The position numbers were made by a program, and so were the translations under genes. 36,398 nucleotides of DNA from a virus (taxonomy: Duplodnaviria; Heunggongvirae; Uroviricota; Caudoviricetes). The notes beneath the pieces were generated by a model. It saw only the letters and a program-made list of their open reading frames with translations. It searched no databases and was not told where the DNA came from. Of this stretch, positions 29,605 through 36,398 are shown in pieces. Within the stretch, counting starts at the first letter, position 1; every line of letters starts with the position of its first letter. Where the stretch lies: the IMG/VR virus record IMGVR_UViG_2869965101_000006. One strand, written 5' to 3'.

Positions 29605-32600
29605 ATGATTGGACAATTTTTAAGTGCAACAGAGATTTTAGCAAAGAACTATGTTCGTAATAAAATGGTTAAAAATCCATTTTATTCGAATTTAAAATGG
29701 AATTTTATTGAAAAAAACATCATAAGATTAACATCCTCACCGGTTAAATCAGTACTTTGCATATCAGCTTTTTCATTTGTACTACTTTATGTTGGATATT
29801 TAAACGAATTATTTATAAAAAATAATCTTTTACATTATTTCCCGTTTAGGCATTCATTAACCGAATGGCAAACAACCATTTTAAGTGGCCAATTGACAAT
29901 TATTGGTATTGTATACCCCCTTGTTATAGGTTTAGTAAGTATCTTATTCCAAAAAAAGGCAGATAGAAAAATAGCCCAAACTGCTTATCAGCGTTACTCA
30001 GGATTCATGCTTGCTGGACTCAGCGGGCTTTTCTTATCAGGATTTATACTTCTCAGTGTACTAATTAAAACTGTCTTTGGAAGTTATCTTTATGGTATAG
30101 CTTGTCTAATCAGCATATTATGGCTTTTGATAAACATAGTTCTTTCTATTTGGTTCTTTATCGTGAGTCTTGAAATTCTTGATGATGTAAAACGGCAAAT
30201 AATTATAAAGCGATACATTGCCTTCGAAATAGTAATGCCCCATATTTGTAACAAAATCTCAGCCAAGCTTAGGTTATACCCTATCTATCAAAAACATAAC
30301 TATTCAAATTTAGAAATCAAGCAAGCCGATTACAAAGGAGAATACATATCTGTGGCTAGCAGTTATTCTAAGGAAGATGAGTTAAGTTTATATCACCGTC
30401 CTTTTCAACTTACTCTTAATCTTATTAATTACCAACTAAAAAAGAAGAATCATTTTGCGTCATTTGTCATTGGTGATAATCGTACAAAAGAAACAGAATC
30501 CACGGGTAAGATACTTTTTAGCGTTAAAAATATCAAACCAGACAGCTTATTAATAAAAATACTTAAGCAATGTTTTTATAGGGCTCCGATTAAAGGAGGA
30601 GATTTTTCCGTAAGTCTTACAATGCAGGCTATAACAGCAGATACGTATATGTATCTGCGGGATTCTGATCTCATTAGTTTTGACAATGCTATCTCTGCAT
30701 TAATTAATAACTTTAATAATCTCTGCGATTTGTATTTTTTTCAAGATGATAATACCAACAATAACTTCTTACTGATCACTACAGAATTATTTGAACGGAG
30801 TTTTCAATATGAGTTTTCAGATGAAGTTTATAAAATATCAAATAATTCCATGGATAAAATTAATCTTTCTGAAAGATTTTTTGAATTATGTCTTTGGAGC
30901 GGAGTGCGTATTATCAATAATAGAAAACATCTTATCAGCAATGAACTTTGTATCTATATGGGAATTACTCGTTCACAATGGTCAATATTAACAGAATGGT
31001 TCCGAAACAACCAATCACTCTTAAATGCCTCGCTTCGTTCACGTTATAATCGTATATTAAGAACCTATACCACTGTTTGGGAGCAATATCAAGAAAGCAT
31101 AAACTTTCGTTTCTGCAATACAGAGAATTCAGATTTATTTGAATTATTTTGCAAAACGCAACTACAAGAACTTCCATCGATGATTATTGATGCAACACAG
31201 ACTCGCGATCCTTCTACTATTGATACAGCCGTCGATCTTATTAACCGATGGCAGCACTCAATGAATATTGACAGCCATTCGGTAGAAAAATACAGTTACA
31301 AAGGCCAGCTTTTTAACCCGGGTTTTTTCATATCCAAAAAACTAAACTTCAATTCAGACAGAGAGTGGTTCAATATTGCCATCATAAATGCGTTGACTGA
31401 CATGCGTATATGCACATGTCTTTATCTGACATCAAGAATCAATACTTCTGACAAACTAATGACACATTACATTAAACTTATTTTAGAGGGTAAACTTATT
31501 GACCAAACCGGTGGATATGAAACTCCCACTGAAGAAATTGATAATGCAAGCCAACTAATCAAGATATTAATTAGAATCTGCCTGTGGACATGGTCTGAAA
31601 ATATGGAACACAATGGGTGGATGAATAGTTTAGCAAGGCGTTTACGTGACTATGATAAAACAGACATGGTGATGGGCAGAGTTTACAGTAATGTTTTTGA
31701 CTGTGGATTTATTGATATGGAACAATCATGGGTTCAGCTATTATTAATTTTTTCTAACAAGAACGATAGCGTATCAAAAGAAATAAAAGAAGCAATAGAA
31801 AACAACTATATAACATATCGTGAGAAGCAACGACTCATTGGAGTATTATCAAAAATTTGTAACTCCATCGAATACACTAAAATCAAGCTGACTTTAACAT
31901 TGGACGATCTCCAAACAAAAAAAGAAAACTTAAGAAAGTTGCTTCAAGAGCATATTAACATGCTAAAGAAAGATCTTGATATGAGACTTCAGGATGCTGC
32001 CATAGATGTACATCGACTAGATAGCACTGCACGTAAAACATCAGAACATCTTCGTAAACGCATCAAGAAAACGCTCCCTCTTTCACTTTTTAAATCTATT
32101 GATTTTAAGCAGGCTAGCGATTGTTTCACAAAACATAAGATATCTATTAAGATAGATAAAGAACCGTATGCCGAAGGAATAGAATCCATCCCTTATATCA
32201 ATGAAGGTGATATTCAAGCAGACTTAATTCTCAAGGACATCCAGAGAATAATACTTTCAAATTTATTTAGCACTGGCTGTTCGCAACATACCGTAATAGA
32301 AGATTTCAATATGTTGATTGATCACATAAAATCATCTGCTGACTTGGCTGGCAAACTGGTTCTTGTGATGAGTAAAGAGATCTTTCAGCAATATAATCGT
32401 ATGCTTTTCGATAATCCCAACCTCAGAGAACTAATGAGAAAAAATGATGATGGCTCTATGAACATAACTACTGAATCCGGTACCCGTAAGGTTTACTTCT
32501 TACCATTTGTTAATCAACCATTTTCTCTTGTGGTAAAGGATAACTACTTCACTAAATTAATTATTAGAGAATATGATAATAATAAGTTAGTAAATGTCAC

Positions 32601-32724
32601 TTCAGAGAATATCAAAAGTGACTCAGATAAATTCAAGCTAACTCTTAACTATGAGTTGAATGTAGTATTTGAAGGAAACGCTGATTTAAAAATAGCTCAC
32701 TCGCAAAGAGTGACATCAGAATAA
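29605..32724 (+). CDS. large hypothetical membrane-anchored protein (1039 aa), AT-rich cargo gene
   Basis: Uninterrupted ORF; four hydrophobic helices in the first ~190 aa then ~850 aa of Asn/Lys/Ile-rich soluble sequence; no Walker A, HxH or other obvious catalytic motif by eye. Confidence 0.75.
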   Translation: MIGQFLSATEILAKNYVRNKMVKNPFYSNLKWNFIEKNIIRLTSSPVKSVLCISAFSFVLLYVGYLNELFIKNNLLHYFPFRHSLTEWQTTILSGQLTIIGIVYPLVIGLVSILFQKKADRKIAQTAYQRYSGFMLAGLSGLFLSGFILLSVLIKTVFGSYLYGIACLISILWLLINIVLSIWFFIVSLEILDDVKRQIIIKRYIAFEIVMPHICNKISAKLRLYPIYQKHNYSNLEIKQADYKGEYISVASSYSKEDELSLYHRPFQLTLNLINYQLKKKNHFASFVIGDNRTKETESTGKILFSVKNIKPDSLLIKILKQCFYRAPIKGGDFSVSLTMQAITADTYMYLRDSDLISFDNAISALINNFNNLCDLYFFQDDNTNNNFLLITTELFERSFQYEFSDEVYKISNNSMDKINLSERFFELCLWSGVRIINNRKHLISNELCIYMGITRSQWSILTEWFRNNQSLLNASLRSRYNRILRTYTTVWEQYQESINFRFCNTENSDLFELFCKTQLQELPSMIIDATQTRDPSTIDTAVDLINRWQHSMNIDSHSVEKYSYKGQLFNPGFFISKKLNFNSDREWFNIAIINALTDMRICTCLYLTSRINTSDKLMTHYIKLILEGKLIDQTGGYETPTEEIDNASQLIKILIRICLWTWSENMEHNGWMNSLARRLRDYDKTDMVMGRVYSNVFDCGFIDMEQSWVQLLLIFSNKNDSVSKEIKEAIENNYITYREKQRLIGVLSKICNSIEYTKIKLTLTLDDLQTKKENLRKLLQEHINMLKKDLDMRLQDAAIDVHRLDSTARKTSEHLRKRIKKTLPLSLFKSIDFKQASDCFTKHKISIKIDKEPYAEGIESIPYINEGDIQADLILKDIQRIILSNLFSTGCSQHTVIEDFNMLIDHIKSSADLAGKLVLVMSKEIFQQYNRMLFDNPNLRELMRKNDDGSMNITTESGTRKVYFLPFVNQPFSLVVKDNYFTKLIIREYDNNKLVNVTSENIKSDSDKFKLTLNYELNVVFEGNADLKIAHSQRVTSE

Positions 32725-32732
32725 TATCTTTG

Positions 32733-32763
32733 ACGGCGCTCCTTAGAGTGCCGTTCGTTTATT
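32733..32763 (+). terminator. rho-independent terminator after the cargo ORF
   Basis: Stem ACGGCGCTC / GAGTGCCGT (one G-U pair), 4-nt loop, then TCGTTTATT. Confidence 0.5.
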
Positions 32764-32859
32764 AACTAATGCTAAAAATCATTATATAGAGAAAGTCATG
32801 TTTAAATCTTAGAGAATACAACCTAGAATAGTGCAAGCACTACAATAAGAGAGGTCGCT

Positions 32860-33096
32860 ATGTTCCGTTGTCCGCTTTGTGGCGCATCTGCCCGTATCCG
32901 CACCAGTCGTCCGGAAAATGATTCAAACACCGTGAGACAAAAGTATTATCAGTGTAACAATCTAGAATGCGGCGTATGTTTCTCAACACTGGAAGCCTTC
33001 CACAAATTCACTTCAAAGCACGCCTCCCCCATTCACTCATCAGAGGGCATCCCGTTGGATTTGCCCCTATATTTCCAGACATCTGTTATCACTTAA
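32860..33096 (+). pseudogene. ogr: late-gene activator ogr, 3' end replaced by the IS2 insertion
   Basis: MFRCPLCGASARIRTSR…YYQCNNLECGVCFS zinc-finger N-terminus like P2 Ogr; from codon 66 the frame is IS2 sequence; original 3' end at 34388..34452. Confidence 0.8.
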
Positions 33097-33972
33097 CCCA
33101 TTACAAGCCCGCTGCCGCAGATATTCCCGTGGCGAGCGATAACCCAGCGCACTATGCGGATGCCATTCGTTATAATGCTCGAACGCCTCTGCAAGGTTCT
33201 TTGCTGCCGTTAACCCGTCTGGTTTGGGCATGATACTGATGTAGTCACGCTTTATCGTTTTCACGAAGCTCTCTGCTATTCCGTTACTCTCCGGACTCCG
33301 CACCGCCGTGTTCTTCGGTTCAAGTCCCAACATCCGGGCGAACTGGCGTGTTTCATTAGCCCGGTAGCATGAACCATTATCCGTCAGCCACTCCACTGGA
33401 GACGACGGAAGATCGTTGCCGAAGCGGCGTTCCACCGCTCCCAGCATGACGTCCTGTACTGTTTCACTGTTGAAGCCGCCGGTAGTCACCGCCCAGTGCA
33501 GTGCCTCACGATCACAGCAGTCCAGCGCGAACGTGACACGCAGTCTCTCTCCGTTATCACAGCAGAACTCGAACCCGTCAGAGCACCATCGCTGATTGCT
33601 TTCTTTCACGGCCACTCTGCCTGTATGTGCCCGTTTCGATGGCGGTACAGCAGGTTTTCGCTCAAGCAACAGGGCATTCTGGCGCATGATCCGGTAAACA
33701 CGTTTGGCATTGATCGCAGGCATACCATCAAGTTCTGCCTGTCTGCGAAGCAGCGCCCATACCCGACGATAACCATACGTGGGCAGCTCTCCGATAACAT
33801 GGTGTATACGGAGAAGCACATCCGTATCATCAGTGTGACGACTGCGGCGGCCATCCATCCAGTCATCGGTTCGTCTGAGAATGACGTGCAACTGCGCACG
33901 CGACACCCGGAGACAACGGCTGACTAAGCTTACTCCCCATCCCCGGGCAATAAGGGCGCGTGCGCTATCCAC
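33067..33972 (-). CDS. insD: IS2 InsD (OrfB, DDE transposase)
   Basis: 301-aa ORF; its 3' end is the sequence duplicated in the remnant at 3580..3844. Confidence 0.85.
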
Positions 33973-34336
33973 TTTTTTGCCCGTCCATATTCAACGGCTT
34001 CTTTGAGGAGTTCATTTTCCATCGTTTTCTTGCCGAGCAGGCGCTGGAGTTCTTTAATCTGCTTCATGGCGGCAGCAAGTTCAGAGGCAGGAACAACCTG
34101 TTCTCCGGCGGCCACAGCAGTAAGACTTCCTTCCTGGTATTGCTTACGCCAGAGAAATAACTGGCTGCTACACCATGTTGCCGGGCAACGAGGGAGACCG
34201 TCATCCCCGGTTCAAAGCTCTGCTGAACAATTGCGATCTTTTCCTGTGTGGTACGCCGTCTGCGTTTCTCCGGCCCTAAGACATCAATCATCTGTACTCC
34301 AATGACTAGTCTAAAAACTAGTATTAAGACTATCAC
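33930..34336 (-). pseudogene. insC: IS2 insC (orfA) with internal frameshift
   Basis: orfA is split into two overlapping ORFs (34064..34336 and 33930..34115) in different frames. Confidence 0.6.
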
Positions 34337-34642
34337 TTATTTAAGTGATACTGGTTGTCTGGAGATTCAGGGGGCCAGTCTACCCGTGGCATGAACTGCC
34401 AACTTCACACAGAGGAAACAATCAGATGAGTTTGCCCTTACCTCAGAATTAACGAGCAGAATTGCCGGAGTAACAAAAAAGCGATAGATTACGCGCGGGT
34501 GCCTTTCGGCTGATGGTCGGAGGGAATACCTGAAGGCCAGATGTGGAAAGGCCCCGGAAAACATTTTTGTTTAACCGAGGCCCTAACCGTCTACCCTAAG
34601 CAAGTGATAGGTTAGCGCCTCCCCGAAAAAGGAGCAAGCGCT

Positions 34643-34783
34643 ATGTCGCAAAAATCGCTTACGGCCATCACGTTCTGCGTGACGGCAATCCTCATCATCT
34701 GGATGCTGCACGGTTCGCTGTGCGAAATACGGATGAGCTTCTGGGGAGCGGAGTTTGCGGCGTTCTTACAGTGTAAGCAGTAA
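34643..34783 (+). CDS. Hok/Gef-family type I toxin (46 aa)
   Basis: AAAAAGGAG RBS; small hydrophobic peptide with the family signature …SLCEIR…EFAAFLQCK. Confidence 0.6.
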   Translation: MSQKSLTAITFCVTAILIIWMLHGSLCEIRMSFWGAEFAAFLQCKQ

Positions 34784-34870
34784 GGAAACCGCGACGGGGG
34801 AGCAATCCCCCGTCAATCGGTTGCCAGGGTAAGGTCGATAAGGCACCCTATCTCACAGACATGAACAACA

Positions 34871-34905
34871 AACCCGCAGCGTAAAAACTGCGGGGTTTCT
34901 TTTTG
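34871..34905 (+). terminator. rho-independent terminator downstream of the hok-like gene
   Basis: Stem CCCGCAG / CTGCGGG with 8-nt loop, followed by GTTTCTTTTT. Confidence 0.6.
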
Positions 34906-35201
34906 GTGTCCTCACCGACTTGAAACAGTGATCAGACTATAAGACAAAGCCCACAATGTAGCGGGCTTACTCCCGTTACTTTATTCGTACCCCTTATAAT
35001 GGGGTGTTAGCCAGCCAGACCCGGCATGATTACTGCCCCCAGTCGTCCATGATCCGGGGGGTGATGTCACCGGGTCTGGTGGGGCGCTGGTAACCGCTAA
35101 TAGGGGTCAGGTCAGGCATTTTTGCCGGGACCGTCTGTAACGTGGATGCCGGTACCTGCTCCCCGTGGTTATCTGGTTAACCCATATACAAGGGAGACAG
35201 A
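34906..35201 (+). ncRNA. candidate left-end non-coding region of an IS110-family element (possible bridge/guide RNA)
   Basis: About 300 bp without an ORF immediately upstream of an IS110-family recombinase gene; boundaries not determined. Confidence 0.3.
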
Positions 35202-36398
35202 ATGACCGAATCCAGCGATTACGAATCCGTCCAGGTCTTTATCGGCGTTGATGTCGGTAAAGATACGCATCACGCTGTTGCCATTAATCGTTCAGGTAAA
35301 CGCCTGTTCGATAAAGCATTACCCAACGACGAAAACAAACTCAGGTCGCTAATATCTGACCTGAAACAACATGGTCAGATACTGCTGGTTGTTGATCAGC
35401 CAGCTACCATCGGTGCGTTACCTGTCGCCGTTGCCCGCTCAGAAGGAGTCCTTGTCGGATACCTCCCTGGACTGGCCATGCGCCGCATAGCCGACTTACA
35501 CGCCGGTGAAGCTAAAACTGATGCTCGTGACGCTGCCATCATTGCCGAAGCTGCCCGTACCCTGCCTCACGCGCTACGCACGCTGAAACTGGCTGACGAG
35601 CAAATCGCCGAACTCTCCATGCTCTGCGGCTTCGATGATGATCTTGCCGCACAGACAACGCAGGCCAGCAACCGTATCCGCGGCCTTCTGACCCAGATAC
35701 ATCCGGCACTGGAGCGCGTTCTCGGTCCGAGACTTGAGCACCCGGCGGTACTCGATCTTCTCCAGCGATATCCCTCACCAGAAAAACTCGCTTCGCTGGG
35801 TGAGAAGAAGCTGGCAGCCCAGCTCTGCAAACTTGCGCCTCGTCTGGGTAAACGCCTTGCAGCAGACATAGCTCAGGCACTGGCCGAACAAACCGTCGTC
35901 GTTCCCGGCACGAATGCCGCTGCCGTAGTACTGCCACGTCTGGCACTCCAGCTCATCACGCTGCGTAAGCAAAGAGACGAGGTGGCGCTTGAGGTAGAAC
36001 AGCGAGTTCTTGCTCACCCTCTTTACCCGGTCCTGACCAGTATGCCCGGAGTCGGTGTCAGGACCGCAGCCAGACTCCTCACCGAGGTCGCCTGCCGCGC
36101 CTTCGCCTCTGCCGCACATCTCGCTGCTTATGCTGGCCTTGCGCCGGTAACTCGGCGATCCGGCTCGTCAATACGCGGTGAGCATCCCTCGCGACGGGGT
36201 AATAAAGCTCTCAAACGGGCGTTGTTCCTGTCGGCCTTCGCCGCGCTCAGGGATCCGCTCTCCAGGGCTTACTACACCCGCAAAATGAGTCAGGGAAAAC
36301 GACACAATCAGGCGCTTATCGCCCTGGCGAGACGACGCTGCGACGTTCTGTTCGCCATGATGCGCGACGGGACTTTTTATACCCCGCAGGGGTCATAA
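35202..36398 (+). CDS. IS110-family (DEDD) transposase/recombinase
   Basis: 398-aa ORF; N-terminal FIGVDVGKDTHH RuvC-like motif and C-terminal …SMPGVGVRTAARLL… region; GGAGACAG RBS; stop coincides with the window end. Confidence 0.8.
   Translation: MTESSDYESVQVFIGVDVGKDTHHAVAINRSGKRLFDKALPNDENKLRSLISDLKQHGQILLVVDQPATIGALPVAVARSEGVLVGYLPGLAMRRIADLHAGEAKTDARDAAIIAEAARTLPHALRTLKLADEQIAELSMLCGFDDDLAAQTTQASNRIRGLLTQIHPALERVLGPRLEHPAVLDLLQRYPSPEKLASLGEKKLAAQLCKLAPRLGKRLAADIAQALAEQTVVVPGTNAAAVVLPRLALQLITLRKQRDEVALEVEQRVLAHPLYPVLTSMPGVGVRTAARLLTEVACRAFASAAHLAAYAGLAPVTRRSGSSIRGEHPSRRGNKALKRALFLSAFAALRDPLSRAYYTRKMSQGKRHNQALIALARRRCDVLFAMMRDGTFYTPQGS

Larger units (their letters stand above)
33056..34382 (-). 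mobile_element. IS2 copy (1327 bp) with 5-bp target duplication CCCGT
   Basis: Terminal sequences TGGATTTGCCCCTATATTTCCAGACA… and …GGAGATTCAGGGGGCCAGTCTA; CCCGT at 33051..33055 and 34383..34387. Confidence 0.85.

Overview
This 36.4-kb window is a heavily decayed P2/186-type (Peduovirus-like) prophage in an IS-rich enterobacterial (Shigella/E. coli-like) background. Left to right: (1) the immunity/integration module int-C-cox, with two unknown genes translationally coupled downstream of int; (2) an early region whose replication genes are replaced by nested IS elements (IS2 remnant, IS911 carrying IS629), followed by a 5'-truncated parM-like gene, a parR-like gene and an Ea22-like ORF; (3) portal and large-terminase pseudogenes; (4) a scaffold fragment fused in frame to an M15 endolysin, so capsid, small terminase, head-completion and holin genes are missing; (5) spanins and tail completion/baseplate genes R-S-V-W-J-I; (6) a tail fibre gene with a Gin/Pin-type invertible host-range segment, hit by IS1; (7) the sheath-tube-E/E'-tape measure-U block on the opposite strand to the canonical order, with FII destroyed by a second IS1; (8) gene D with an in-frame stop; (9) an intact, AT-rich, 1039-aa membrane-anchored ORF between D and ogr, which I consider the best candidate for an undescribed accessory (possibly anti-phage or exclusion) system; (10) ogr interrupted by an IS2 copy carrying a 4-bp deletion; (11) a hok-family toxin gene; (12) an IS110-family recombinase with an upstream non-coding region that may encode a bridge-type RNA. 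All identifications rest on reading the sequence and on recalled protein families; no database search or structure prediction was run.
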